DNA of 63,960 nucleotides, counting the filler, from Circinaria calcarea (taxonomy: Eukaryota): NCBI GenBank assembly GCA_051942165.1. It is 3 parts of 3 records of this genome, joined end to end, with 100 filler letters (N's around TTAATTAATTAA, not from the genome) between each part and the next. Parts side by side here need not be neighbours in the genome. Positions count along the whole stretch, not along the records: positions 43,438 to 63,960 come from JAVECS010000173.1; 2 more parts are not named here. One strand, given 5' to 3'. A program made the translations under genes and the position numbers. Under the pieces are notes generated by a model. It did not search any database. It was given only the letters and a program-made list of their open reading frames with translations, and was not told where the DNA came from. Positions 48,926 to 62,796 of the stretch are shown in pieces; the first letter of the stretch is position 1, and each line of letters starts with the position of its first letter.

Positions 48926-49275
48926 AGGTGAGTGAGCGGGAGGAGAGGATGGAGAGAAGAAATGTAAGTTTTTCGCTTTTGTTTCTTCGGAGTTGGTGAA
49001 TTTGCCTGCTTTGAGCTGTCAGCTATAGTTTATCAAGAAAGGGTTGTCGCATAACTGGTTCAGTCTTAAAAGTCAAATAGTGTGTTCCATATATTCAGGG
49101 TGATAAATTTAATAATAGACGAGGAATAAGAGGTTATTTTGAATCGAGGTATATCTAAAACAAAAGGCGTTTGCATACCTCGTTCACGCGTTGGTTATAT
49201 CCAAGTAGTTTGAGTAGTAGTAGGTCCCCGCCAACATTTTCTTATTCGGTCTTACTGCTTACAAGCGCATGGTAC

Positions 49276-50505
49276 TCATGTCTTGTAGCAAAGTCGTTTC
49301 CGTGGACGAAGTCGCGGATCTGGGATAGGATTGATGAAAGCGAAGTCAAACTCAGAGGGGAAAGCATGCTGCACGTCGCGCTTTCTCTTCAGGGTTGTGT
49401 GTATTCGTTTGTTGGGCTCTTCGAATGGTATCCCAGAGTTGCTGACCTTAGAAATACCATTTCTGCCCTCACCACCAACACTCTCCCTTTCACTTTCCAT
49501 AGCCGGGTGGATCTCTCGTGCATCGGATATGGGTCTAGGAATGACGCTTTTGCCTGAGTAATCCAACTCGTAGTGAATGACCTTTGATGCCTGCGAACGG
49601 CCATCTTGACGCAAAAAGCGGCTGTGATCATACCATCGCGTCTCAGGCGAATATGTTTCTGTATGAGCGCACATTGATGGTAGCGACGGGTTTTCAATGC
49701 TAGCAACATCCGCTGTTTGAGAAGACGGAAGTGGTGTGAGGGGCGAAGAGAAATCGCTGTATGAGTAACTAGACGAGTCCAAGTTATAGCTATCTGCATC
49801 GTAAGGTTCGTGGCTGGTCTCCGTGACAAGGTCATTGTCGATGGAGTGAAGAGACTCTCTCGGTATCATGCTCTCCTCTATATGGGCGCTAGATCCCCTG
49901 AAATTTTTCTCTGAGTCCATAAAGGCGACAGAATTAGAAGCCAAACCTTCAACAATCTCATGGTCTGGTTTGGAGGCGCCGTGCTTCTGATCGGCAAGCA
50001 GGCTTTCAGGTGAGTTGGACACATCTCCATCCGGAGCCTCAATTTCATCGTCCGTAAATATAGAAGGAGAGGGAATACTAGGATAAGGTCCATTACCGCA
50101 AAAAGGGTGATCTTTGAATTCTTCTCGTAATCTCTCCATCCTTTGCTCATAAGTTTCATTGGCAGGCGGAAGGCCTCGGATCTTGCGAAGGACATGGTCG
50201 TTTCGCGCCCACAGCGGCATGATACGAACAGGCGATGTCTCTATATCAAGGTCGATATTCTCCCAGAGCTTGTATAGGCGTTTATCCGATTTTCTCCTTG
50301 ACTCCCTTTCTTCTCCATCCTTAATATCGTACAAAGCAATACTTGTCCGCTCCAAATACCACCCACCAAGTACTGTATGGAATTGTGGATCGCGGGAGCC
50401 CGGTCGATTCTCCATGCGGCATGCACGGATAACTTCACCACATCGACCGCACTGGCAAGGAGATGACACAGCGAAGGCTAAGGTCTGCGATTCCGGAGAG
50501 GCCAT
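49276..50505 (-). CDS. Hypothetical protein (409 aa) with an N-terminal Cys cluster, an acidic/Ser-rich middle and a basic C-terminus
   Basis: Long intronless ATG-initiated ORF. CQCGRC..C near the start, KRKR and RPRKR near the end. No family recognised. Confidence 0.6.
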   Translation of the reverse strand: MASPESQTLAFAVSSPCQCGRCGEVIRACRMENRPGSRDPQFHTVLGGWYLERTSIALYDIKDGEERESRRKSDKRLYKLWENIDLDIETSPVRIMPLWARNDHVLRKIRGLPPANETYEQRMERLREEFKDHPFCGNGPYPSIPSPSIFTDDEIEAPDGDVSNSPESLLADQKHGASKPDHEIVEGLASNSVAFMDSEKNFRGSSAHIEESMIPRESLHSIDNDLVTETSHEPYDADSYNLDSSSYSYSDFSSPLTPLPSSQTADVASIENPSLPSMCAHTETYSPETRWYDHSRFLRQDGRSQASKVIHYELDYSGKSVIPRPISDAREIHPAMESERESVGGEGRNGISKVSNSGIPFEEPNKRIHTTLKRKRDVQHAFPSEFDFAFINPIPDPRLRPRKRLCYKT

Positions 50506-50847
50506 TAATCTTGACTCCGTGGGAGTTGAGAGGAGTGTTCACGATTAGAAATGATCGTGGCATCTTTGTCTGCTTTGGAGATTGGAAGACAAGCATGCGG
50601 ATAGTTATTCAGAATCAGAGGTTGAAGGATGACTAATGAGCAGGCAGGGGGGGGAATAATGCCAAGACACTTCCGTGTTGACTCACATTTGTTTACCTCG
50701 GCCTCTCTGTTACACGCTGCGCTGTATATATGACATTGCCTTTTTTTACCTTCCATTGTTAATAATTGTTCTCGCCCGTAGATAGCAGGTCCGGGAGAAA
50801 CCTTTACTCGTATCATAGATATTGCAGGGTGCCGTATCTTAGCGGCA

Positions 50848-52584
50848 ATGCCAGGAGATCGATCAAACGAGCTGGATAGCCTCGGAGGGCACCGGAGTCC
50901 CGACGACACGATACCAAATACTCCATTGCCTCTTGAAGGGCAGGAATCATCTCATATTCTTGCATATCTTACACCGTTCAATCGCCAAGCTCGTTTGGCC
51001 TTCGATCATGCGGTAGATGCTATTAAAACTGACCCAGACTTGTTCGCCTACGCACGTCGAAACATGGACATCTGGCCTGTTCGTCAAGAATCGGCCAGTG
51101 CTGCTAGCATTTTTACTGATAGCGACACTGCCGAGGTTGATATCGCCCCTGATATCCCAATCTATCGCTACGACGGGGCATATCATATTAGACTCAGCAA
51201 CCCTCCGAGAAATTCTAAACAGGGATGGACCTTAGGAGATGGACGTAATTCAGGAGACAGTCAAGTCGATATCTTACTTAGCGGTCCTAGAAATGTCCCA
51301 GACATTGCCGGTGTACATGCCTTTATCTTTCCCCATAAGGAGTCATGTCGATTTGTGCTACGCGCTCGTCATACAACAACTGTGCATAATTTTTCGTTCT
51401 CCCAGCGTGATGTACCCTGCCAAAGAGAACTTGCAAAGAAGGACGAGATTCGAATTGGCAACTGCGTCTATAGTTTTACACATGATGAATTCGTTGAGAC
51501 CAAAGAACATCAGGAACAGCTCGAGGTATATATGAAGAAAACTCATGGTCTAAACTGGGAAAGCTTATCAGCGGTACTTGGTCCCAACTCAGATCTTCCG
51601 CAGATAAAATTGCATGCATACTCTTGGCCACTTGGGGCTTTTGCGAAAGGGACATTTGGACAGGTGACAGCAGGTACACGGAATGATGGCAAACCAATAG
51701 CCGTAAAGAGATTTAACAAGCCGAAAGGGTCGGAGTTAAGTGCACATAGGGAAATAATGGCGTGCATTGGTAAACATGTAAGTGCAGCTCCAATTACCCC
51801 AAAGCTAACTAATACTTGAGCAAAGCCCAACATCCTAGAGCTTCTCGACTGCTTTGCGGGACCTTCTACATTGATCGCAGAAGCTTATTGCATATACCAG
51901 CCGTTGGCATCCGGTAACCTATATGATAAAGCTAAGAAGGAAAATTTCACTTTTGTAGCTCAGGTGTCTCTATTCCGTGAATACCTAACTGGCTTGGCAT
52001 TCCTACACGAAGAAAAGGGCGTCATGCACCGCGATATAAAGCCTATCAATCTTGGGGTCGTCGGGATGACTCCTCCAAGAGGTGTAATTTTCGACCTTGA
52101 CTCTGCGACTAGGGATGAGACGTCTACGGATCATTTCCAGGGGACCTTGAGCTATCTCGCACCTGAAATTGTTGCGTTGAAAGAATGGGAGAGGGACAAG
52201 AGAGCGGGGAAGACGAGAGCCCCACCGCCGCCTTATGGGCGGAAGGTTGATGTATGGGCTTTGGGAATGTCTGCTTACACAATATATTGTGGTAGAGCCA
52301 TCCCAAATGATTGTATAACGGCCAATGTGTATAAGATTATTCGACGGGATTTGGAGGGTAGGATAAATGAGGCTCTTAGGGATGGAGCCACCATAGAGGT
52401 ATCTTTCATCAAAGCCGTACAACGAATGCTTGCTTGGACGGTGCACGAGCGTTCAACCGCGATTGAAGCTCTGGAGGTATTCAAAGAGCTTGATGGAGAC
52501 AAGGATGAGGAGCCGGAGATGGATAGCGAAGGTCCAAGGATAAAGCGACAGCAACTGAAGAAGCCAATTGCAACCGGGCCTTAG
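50848..52584 (+). CDS. Ser/Thr protein kinase with a probable degenerate N-terminal FHA-like domain; intron at about 51778-51826
   Basis: GWTLGDGR...VDILL...IAGVHAFI...IRIGNCVYSF (FHA-like). Kinase motifs AKGTFGQV, AVK, H/PNILELL, HRDIKPIN, IFDLD in place of DFG, GTLSYLAPE and DVWALG. Confidence 0.85.
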
Positions 52585-54120
52585 AAATCAAGTTTTTTGG
52601 AACACCGGACGGCAAAACTTCCAATAACGAGACAGGTACTCCACGAATCAGCGCGGCATCTTCTGTTTAACAGTAAAAACTAGAGGAGGGTTTGGAGTCC
52701 GGTAAGTGCAAGGCATCAAGGCTCACAGGAGAGAAAGGAGAAAGCCATGAACGAATACCGGGCTCTAAATGAGCAAAATTGCGTGCAACAGACTGACGCA
52801 CCAACTGCCTTATTTGTGCGTACTTTGGAGCTGCATGATTTGTGCGGTCTGCTGGGGTTGCATCCAGCGTTTTACTTAGAAGCGAGTCACATATCGCTTC
52901 GATATACTTAAGATGAAGTATTTGCTGCTATGGCTTCATGGTACGGTAGTTCCTTTGACTCACGTATGAAGCAGATATTATTTATGCCTATTTGGTACGG
53001 AGGACTTCGAACCACGTGCAAATCGCTTTGCAGAATTCTTTTCCTTGGAAACACCATAATTCGATAGTCGATGTTGTTATCTTTGTCGCTTATTTTAGAA
53101 AGAGATCGTTATTGCCATCGATTAAGGACCCCTAAGCGTTCTTCCGCTCGGACAAGGTCATTGGTTATGATTGTGGACAATGCGAGCATGTGGGACCATC
53201 ACTTCCAAGTCCTCGACCGCTCTCTCTACTCGTCCACTCAGAAAAGTCCCATTTATCTGAGAATCATCAGGGGATTCTGCAGGGATATGCCTCCGTTGTG
53301 TTGGACATAAGATCGTCCGAATGAATATTTCACAGCACTTTATTAGTAGAGAACTGTGGGAAAGACGCCGTGGCATCTTCATTTAGATATTCCAAATCCG
53401 CCTACATGGACTATTAAAAATCTATTGTTATGAGAAACAAATGTGGAGAGTAGAATTGTGATGGTGTGAAATGTAAAGTAGTGGCAGTATAGACCGCATA
53501 GTAGCAGCACTAACAATAGAACGGACGATATATCCCTTAAATCGTTGCTCTGGCGCACCGAACTGTGCGTTTTTTGAACGGACCATTCTCTGGTTCGTGC
53601 CAACCTAGCTGGCCAATCCTAACCTTGTATCCGAAAAACGCACGGCTCGGTGTGCCAGAGCAACGATTTAAGGGATATCTAGAGATAAGGAATCGCAGCG
53701 TGAAGCATGTAGTTCCGGATCGGAGCCGATTTCCCCCGGATCTCAGAGCTTTGTGCAGCCATTCTGGCTATATCCCATACATCTTACACTGAATACACAT
53801 ACTATGTACTTAGGAGTCCACTACCACTACGTGACAAGCGTTTACTTTCACAGCCAAATCGTGCGTTTCGTTTAAAGACGTAGTGTACTCTCTGTAATGT
53901 TTTCTCTACCATATCAGGCCGGAATAAGCAAGCACGCTTAATTATAAATTATAGTTCCGGGTAATACTCGGATTGGTATTTTACCGGACGACCTCCCCTC
54001 GAACTTAAGCGATGACCCCCCCTGAGACCCGGGGGCCGATTTTACGTCCTTCTCACTTCTCCGTAAAGGTAGATTCAACAGGCAGTGCTGAAAATCGAGA
54101 TCACAAAGAACCCGGGAGAG

Positions 54121-55644
54121 ATGCCTGATGTCAAGACTATACTCACGCAACCTATCAATAGACCAAAGTTATCATTGACAATTTACTTTATTGCATGGAA
54201 ATCGATTTTGCTTCTCGTCGCTTTGACAAGCCCCGGTTCTGGGTACGATACTTCAACAACCCTGATATCGGAGTCTAGTGATGCAACGGGAGGTTCCTCT
54301 TCTCCGTTGGAAGCATTTGTTGGAAAGCTGTCGACGAAGCTTGTAAGATGGGACGCGATTTACTTTACCCAAATCGCCCAGAGAGGATATTTGTTTGAGC
54401 AGGAATGGGCCTTCGGATGGGGCTTCACGAGGCTACTTGCCTTTGTGGGGAGAGGTATGGTCCTTCTGATTAGAATCATATTTTGGATATAGACTTACTC
54501 AACAGGCATCTCATATGCTGGTCTTGTAGGGTCTACTTGGCCTGAGGCCGTTGCGGGGATTGCAATTGCTCATATCTGTCACTTGCTTTCTGTATTCATG
54601 CTGTACAACCTCTCGAAGATGGTCCTCCAACCATCATTAGATGGAAAGGCTGCGAAAATGTCATTTATCTCTGCCTGTCTCCACATCATTTCCCCTGCAG
54701 GCATGTTCCTCTCCGCTCCATATGCCGAGAGCCCGTTTTGTCTCCTTCAATTTTCTGGCTACTATTTCTACGCCATGAGTGGCCAAGCGCATATAAGAGA
54801 TGCACCAGGTTTTAGAGATCTGTACGTGATTACTGCCGGATGTCTCCTTGGTCTAGCGACGACACTCCGTAGCAACGGACTTATGGGTGGCCTGATCTTC
54901 GCCTATGATGCCGTCCAAAACACGATGACGCTGTTTTGCAAGGACAAAAGTATTGCAAGCCTGCAAAAGCTTCTAGTGACTGCTCTTGCTGGCTCCTTGG
55001 TGGGCCTGGGGGCCGTTGCGCCACAGTACTTGGCGTATCAGGAGTTCTGCACCAGCAGGCAGATTGGAGAGTCGAGGGCTTGGTGTTCAAGTCTTGTACC
55101 TAGCATATATGCTTGGGTACAAAGTCATTACTGGTCGGTCCCCAAAGTACGAGGCTCAGAGATAATGCTAATCATCAACAGGAATGCTGGATTTTTGAGA
55201 TACTGGACCGTGTCGAACATTCCTTTATTCATCTTAGCCGGCCCCATGTTGTTGCTCATGGCACGATCGACTCTATGGGCTTGGGTGGAGCTTCCCAAAC
55301 CCGTAGAAATCAATTCTGATGATAAGAAGACTATCAGCAGATTCTCTAGGAATACTCCTCGAGAATTCAACAAAGCTACAACCCACGCTCTAGTGCGTCG
55401 ATTCTCCCTGCCTCAGGCCGCCCTAGCAGTATCAGCTCTTGCCGTTTATCATGTCCAAATCATTACAAGACTTTCCTCCGCCTATCCCGTTTGGTACTGG
55501 TGGCTTGCGTTTACGATGGTTGAAAATCACAAGCGTGACGCTATTAGCAAAGGATTCAATCTGCCTATGATAACAATAAGATGGATTGTGATGTATGTCA
55601 TGATACAAGGGGTGTTGTTCGCGAGTTTCCTACCACCTGCTTGA
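54121..55644 (+). CDS. GPI18: GPI mannosyltransferase 2 (PIG-V), introns at about 54455-54505 and 55134-55181
   Basis: GYDTST, LVRWDAIYF...RGYLFEQEWAF, SPAGMFLSAPYAES, RSNG, IYAWVQSHYW/NAGFLRYWT, HVQIITRLSS, FASFLPPA C-terminus. Confidence 0.95.
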
Positions 55645-56760
55645 CGGGAACATAAAACTTGGCTATGAGCATGATTCCAACTGGCAGCAAGTTGGTCGCG
55701 AACCTGACCGGTGAAACCATATTAACGATGAAGGTTTGAAAGGGCGTCTTAGAAGAGTAAGTTGAGGAAGGACTGGGAAATTGTTGATGCAGATAAAGAT
55801 ATTATCGGAGAGGGTAGGGTTGGTGGGGGTGGTTCTCAAGTGCCAGGGCCTATTGTGACGGTTGCTCCAGTCCCCAGAGTGTCGCTGGAAGGCCAGCATG
55901 TCGTACAACCAGCGAACAGGAGTTTGGAGGAAGACGGTTAGAGAAGTTAGACGTCTTTAGGGACTAGTTGGATCTAAGATCCATAGGAAACTGAGTTGAC
56001 AGGTCGGCTTACTTGTACACTTTAATAAGATCATTTGGAGGTAGCAGAGTATTCCCCAATCAGAAAGAGGATACCTTTGCAGCTAGAATATTCCTCGTGC
56101 ATTGCGTAGGCCTGTGATTGCCTTGTGGCTGATCTGCTTGGCTAATCATCAGGCTGTGGCGGTTGCGCGTAGTGCTGGTGCCTGTGTTGCCACGAATTCT
56201 TACTCCATAAGACGGCGATTACCATGATACTTTCTCAGAACACATAAAATATCAGAAGACTCGGCGTTACTGGTAGTACATAGTCTACGCATCGATTATA
56301 ATCCACCATCTCACGAATAGTCACATCAAGAAAGCAGCTGTGTTTACGAGTTCCAGACAAGGGAACACGCGAGGGTGCATCGTGGGTTCGCCCTAAGTCT
56401 GCAATCTGCACCTTCGCGGCTGCCTGCATCGCCCAGTCACGGGTAGACTCGATTTCGTTTTTTTCCCTCGTACCCGGTTAGGAGGCGACGGCAGTGCATG
56501 ACTGGGAGGGCCTGACGAGGCGTGCAGAGTATCATAGGGCTGTGTGGGTGCATGCGCTGACCCTCCTCTTTCTCGCCATTCCCCCGGAGCAGCAAACCAA
56601 GACTCACTCCTTACTGACTCTAGATCAACACGGGTGAATGTCATTGGAGTCACTTCTACCACAACCATCTGCTAACATATGACTTTCGTAGCTTACCTCG
56701 TTTTCGCACTCCATAGACCTGCCTTGATCTCCACCGGATTCATTCTCTTCACCCTTCGAT

Positions 56761-59700
56761 ATGGACAGCGCGCGCGAAAAGCTTGCAGAACTTCTGCAAC
56801 AACTTGAAGGAGCTCGAGGCAATGATTCATCTCGGGCCACTTCTCCAGGAGGAGGGCCCAGGGAGGCGGATGGGGCGCAAGATCAAAGAAAGCTATCTCG
56901 AAATCGGCCCCGAACATACCCATACTTTAGATATCTACCCTACGATGTTGAAGACGAGGAGGAGAGGCAGCGCAACTTCGAAGAGATACTCAAGCATCTC
57001 TATGTAGCAGTTGAAGCAGGAGACTTCTCTCCGGGGGCGGTACACTGGACCAGGGAACTGAGAAGTTGGTTGGGGCTCAAATTCGACCCTACCAAAGAAC
57101 AGAGGGCGAAGCTCGTCCGGCTGTACTATGAATTAGCTTTGGCTCCGGGCATCGATATCACCGTTGCAGAAAGATTCTCGAGCATGTTCATGGTTTTGAC
57201 AAAGTCAGTATATGTTTGGTAAGCGGCTCATTAGTTGTGCTAACGTTGAGCAGGCGGAAGCACTACCTCCGGCCTGGCAAAGACATCACTCTTGATTGGA
57301 GACCTCTCTTCCGTGAGCTAAAAGCCTTTGTCTTGCCCTCGGAATCAGGAATGACCCAGGGAACGAATGTCAAGCGAAACTTTAGAACCTTGACCAAGCT
57401 ATGCACTTTTGCTCAGTTATACTTTGACCCGAAAGAGACACCGACAATGTTGGAGGAGTTCCTCCCATATTATAGCACCTCCTTTTCGGAGGGCGCCTTT
57501 GTTGTTTCGGGTTTGCTAAACCTTCTCCTTCCTACGTCTCCTGCACCCGTCGGTGACGAGAAGCTGCTTCCACAAAATTACCTGCCCACCTTCTTCCACC
57601 TCTGGTCGTTGGTGAATCGATCAAAGGTTTTCGACACAACCTTCTTGGATTTATTTTCCAGATTGGCTCGAGACTCTCTACCTGCGGAACACATTGAATT
57701 TACCGAACATGGTGTCTTCACTTCCGAGCAGTCTGCTTCAGTATTTACAGCTATCTTGCGTCTCCTCGAGATTCCTGTTGGGCAGGCAACATCACCTTAT
57801 AGTACATCAGTGGATGCGTCCGCAGGACTTGGTATCATGCTGGAGCGCGACCCAAAGAAGCACCCCATAGCGCATCACATAGCGCGCTGGATCGTGATGT
57901 CCCTCTCACCAGCTTGCCTGGATAAACAGGATTCCGTCCTAGGCCACCTTGAGCGACTAATACAGGCAGTCGAGACTTTTTTCCATCCCTCGAACTCGGG
58001 CAACTGGACCAGGACGCTTTCCCAACTAGTTTATTACCTTGCAGACTTTTTCGTTATGCGTTGGAATCGTGAGAAGAGCGGAGAGATGGAAGTGCCTGTG
58101 GATCGAAAACTGAATGAAGAGCTCAAGCGAAGATTCGTGCTTTGCTTACGGGAGGTCATTTTCATGGGTATATACGCGAAGAGTGGCACGGCCATGAATT
58201 TCTCGCTGTCTACGCTACAAAGCCTGGCCTACCTGGAACCGAACCTCATTTTACCTGGCGCTCTCCAGCGCATCTATCCATCTATGCAAGGGTTGGTAGA
58301 AGTACATCGGACTACTTCATCGTTACGGGCTTTACAAATCTTATCAAGGATCATGGTGCGTACCAAAGGCTTTAGGTGTCACGTTACGACCATGCTGGGC
58401 CTTGCTCTCCCGGGTATTGATGCCAACGACCTTGAGAAAACGCTTTATACCCTCTCATACATGCAGTCAGTCTGTTACAGTATACCGTTCTACGACCTCA
58501 CAAAAGGAAAGGAGGAGGTCAGCGGTAGTATACTTGCGGTCGACTGGATTACTTCTGAAGTTGGACGCATGGAACTAGAAGGTGCCAATGTTGAGCTTGA
58601 TTATGCTGCTGCGCTTAGTGACGAAGACGAGGAGCTTATACTTCGGTCATCTACTGCAAGTTTGGCAGAATTCCTAAGCTCGTTCTTAGGTAAAGTCTTC
58701 ACATTACTGGAAAACCTTCCTGACGCAGCCAAACTCCGCTCGGGTTCGCCAGAAGAGAACGTTATCAACACGCTACCTGCCACATTTACGCCACTGCTTG
58801 CAACATTATCACCTGAGTTGTATGATCTCGCCCTCAACAAGATCGCCGAATTTGTTGGCAACCATGTCATACATCAAGCTCGAGACGCGATGGCATTTAT
58901 CTGCAATGCTCTATGCAAAGTTGCCCCAGAGAAGGCATTGAAGCGTTTCGTACCAATGTTGATCTCGTCGATCCGGACAGAGATTGACGATAATGGCGCT
59001 GCCTCGACACGGAACACCGGAACGGACGTCCTTCCTCGAGATCGAGGTCTTGTGTGGAACATTAGCATGCTAAGCATGTGTGTGGTGCATGTTGGAGACG
59101 CCGTACTTGCGCATAGAAAGGACCTTTTTGACATTGCAGTATATATGCAACAAAAGTGTAAAGGCATACCGACTGTGCATGTATCGAATTACATTCATCA
59201 TCTGCTGCTCAACCTCACGGGGACTTATACAGTGGATTACTCAATATATGAAGCTGACGTTCTTGCCCGAGGACTGGGCCCTGAAGATTGGGGCCGCATC
59301 CCTAAACCCCAGGACCTAAACATTAAATGGCATGTTCCAGGGCAAGAGGAAATTGAGTTTGCGGTCAGCCTTTTCAAGTCACAGGCAGAAGGTGCATTGG
59401 AGTCACTCAAATCACTAACAGACGGGACCTCTAGCATCCAGAGAGAGGGCTCCGGGAAAGCGTGGTCTGACGAGGTATCTCGCAATTTGGTACTGTTACG
59501 TCTTTTATTATCAGGCGTATCTGTTCTTTTCGACATCAAAGCGGTCTTGAAGCAGTCGGATGAAGTCAGTGATGAGGTCAATGCTGACACGGAGATGACA
59601 CATGCAAACGGATATGCGCTCGAGGAGTCTACAGATGAAAATCCTGATGCAGTGCTCGGGGACACCGAGGATGAGGAGGTTAAGCCAACCTTCCGTTATC

Positions 59701-62700
59701 CCGATGGCTATCTGCTTGAGCCAGAGGATGGCTTATATAGAGAGGTACATGAGTTGAGGGAACGAACAGGGAGATTACTGCATGAGGTACACCAGTTCTT
59801 GGTTGACAAGCACGAAGATGATGTTGCTTGTTTCGGGCCACTGTATACTGCCTACAAATCATGGTTCATCGATGTCGGTATTGAGAGGTCTGCTCATGTC
59901 TTGGACAGAGTTACCAGACTTTTGACTGCAGATATCCATCCTTATAAGGTCAGTGGCCTACGGAAGGAGTATCCTCGGCCTCTGTTGTTGCGAAGAGCAA
60001 ACGTCTATCACCTACAAAGACTACGCCACAACGCTTCTCCGCGGCGGAAGTCGAGCCTCGATAAACAACTTTTGCTTGACCTTGCTCAATCTAGTGTCTC
60101 CTCGTATACTGAGGTACGCCGCAACGCTCAAAGCGCTGGTGAGTCCGCTGTCAAAGTCATCATCGGTGCTCGTCCTTTGGTTATCCCGCCACTTCTAAGA
60201 GCTCTCGAAGCCGGTGTTAAAGAGAACGACTTCGCTCGGATCAAGGGAGCAATGTACGCTCTCCTTTTTGGCAGCTTAGCGAAGACGATCGGTAAGGATT
60301 GGCGATACGCACCTGCTATGATTAAGGCATTTCTTGCGGCTAGCACGGCAGATAAGCCTTCGGTTCAGAAGCTGTGCTCAGGGGCTACATTCCAGGTCAT
60401 GGACTTTGGTCGATCTTCGGAGCGGATGGTCATCTTAGACAAAGAAGTCATTCAAGCCATCGTGCCTAATGGTGAAGACGTAAGTGCTAAGATAATCAAA
60501 AAGCGAGACCAGATCAAGAAGAAGCGGGCTACCGTGGAAGGAAAGAAGACTGCATTGTCCGAGGAACTTGTCAACATGGCCCGAAACTCACATTGGAAGC
60601 AGGCTAGTCGTACAGCTGCTATAGTCGTCACCCTTGGTTTGAGGTTTGACAGTTTAGCATCAGAGAACCTCATCAACCTACTCACAGAGGGTGCAATTGA
60701 TTCACACCCCGGCCTTAGAGGCTTATACTCTGGTGCACTCGTCGCCTTGTTCTCCTTGATTGATACCCGCGCACTATGTCTACACAAGTATGAGAATTAT
60801 TTACTTGACAAGCATCATATTCCTGCAAAGATCCAGGTCGTTACAAGGCGACACGAAGCAAATTGGACTTCCGAGTACCTTGCTAGCTTTGCAGAAGCGG
60901 AAGCGGCGTATTATGTTGACCATGACTATCCTGGTTGGCTGGTATGGGAAAAGACAATGCCTGCTTACCAGTCAAATCCGAAAGAAGACGTGGAGTACGA
61001 TGAGAGGGAAAAGGAGGTACTCTCGCAAATTGGGAAGCTCCTCACACCATCGTGGTTCTCCACGTTCTTTGGTTATCTAAAACAAGAACCACGCGATGCC
61101 AGCGCAGACCGATTCCGAATGGCGAGTGCGCTGATGCTCGTGTCTGCATTTGAACTGATCCATGAAGGCTTTGCGGCGGCAACATTCGATGATATCAAGA
61201 AAGAGATTGTAGACGTTTACGGTGATGGCAGCGATAAACACCAACATCGAGCTACTGCAGAGATCCTTGCTGGGCTACTGGGGTCGACAGTCGATCGGAA
61301 AATAGAGACCAGAAATATGGTTTGGGAGTTTTGCTTTCCTATGATCCTCAACATATTCACCGATGGTTTGACGCCGGAAAACTCTGGGTACTGGACAACC
61401 TTCTTGCATCTTTTGTTACAAGGCAGGGATCCACGTCGGTCGTGGCCACTTGTCGAGTGGCTCGCAACACTGAAGTTGGACATGTCATCTAACGCTGCTT
61501 TTAAAGAAAGCTCTAAAATACAGCTACTGCAACAATGCATTACCGATTCTGGATGGCATTTTCAGCTTGAGAAGCCAGTGGTGGAAAATTTCCGAGCGCA
61601 TCTTGATCACCCTTACAAAGGCGTTAGAGAGGCCATGGGATCCACCCTGGCTACAATCTACCGTACGAGGTATCATGAGTCATACAAGGACATTACATCT
61701 CTGATTGAAAGTCAGAAAGCTGCCTCTTCTCTCGGTACCCAGCCTTATCAACCAACCGAGGGGTTTTCTGACATGATCCATGAAATCTTCGAGCAGCTCG
61801 AAAGATGGAGACAGGAACGCACTCCAGGCCAACAGACACCATCATCTTATACTTCTGGCAGCAAAACGGTGTTGCTCTGGCTAGAATCCACAATGTCTTC
61901 ATACGAATGTACGCAATTAATCCAGTTTTTCCCCAACATGTTTCTGGAGCAACTCCTGCATATGATGGATATCAAGGAAGATCAGGAACTGCAAAGTCTC
62001 GCCTACCTGGTCTTCAGGCACATATCCAATATTCCTCACCGAAGCGGCGAAGACACCGAACTTATTGCCTCCCTCATCCGGATTGGGAAGACTTCTCCCT
62101 TTTGGCATCAGCGTATGCGGGTACTCATCATCATGCAAATTATTTACTTTCGCCGTCTCTTCCTCATGTCCAATTTGCAGCAACAATCCCTCTTTGACTG
62201 CGTCGCCAGTATGCTCACCGATACTCAGCTTGAAGTCCGTCTCGGCGCCGCCACCACGCTCTCCGGCATGATCCGCTGTTCACCCATTACTCTCCGCGAC
62301 ACCGTGGTCAAAGACCTGAACAACAAATTCACGGCTATGCTCCTCCAGTCCCCCTTACCCAAACGGCCCCGTAAAGATCTCTCCGCCCCATCGACTGGTA
62401 CCAGCACCCCGACGCCTGAACACACAAAGTTGATCGTCACCCGCCACGCTGCTGTCCTAGGCTTGGGTGCTCTCATCCAGGCGTTTCCATATACATCTCC
62501 ACCGCCCGCCTGGGTCCCAGGGATTTTGGCTACGCTGGCGAATAAAGCGAGCGGGGAGCCGGGGATGGTGGGGAATGAGGTTAAAACCATCTTGGCGGCG
62601 TTTAAGAAGACGAGGCAAGATACTTGGCATGTGGATCTCAAGGTATGTACTTTCTTCTTCTATATAAGTTTTCCGTTGAACGGGTGAGTAAGCAAGTTAA

Positions 62701-62796
62701 GAAAGCATGTGGCTGATTCCGGTTTGATTATAGGCGTTTTCCCCAGAGCAGATTGAGGGACTGGAAGGGGTTTTGTGGAGATCGTATTTTGCATGA
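56761..62796 (+). CDS. BLM10: Proteasome activator Blm10/PA200, introns at about 57204-57253 and 62643-62733
   Basis: About 1990-aa HEAT-like protein with RPRTYPY, ETFFHPSNSGNW, LPGIDANDLEKT, DKHQHRATAEI, RHAAVLGLGAL..AFPY and FKKTRQDTWH. The last exon ends LEGVLWRSYFA-stop. Confidence 0.95.

Noticed and set aside
52700..53800. Possible decayed gene between the kinase and GPI18
   Set aside because: Only fragmentary frames with frequent stops and no recognisable homology.
58142..62667. Numerous short ORFs overlapping or antisense to BLM10 (similarly within SLD2, PRI1, the ABC transporter and the kinase)
   Set aside because: Shadow ORFs of long real coding sequences with no recognisable motifs.
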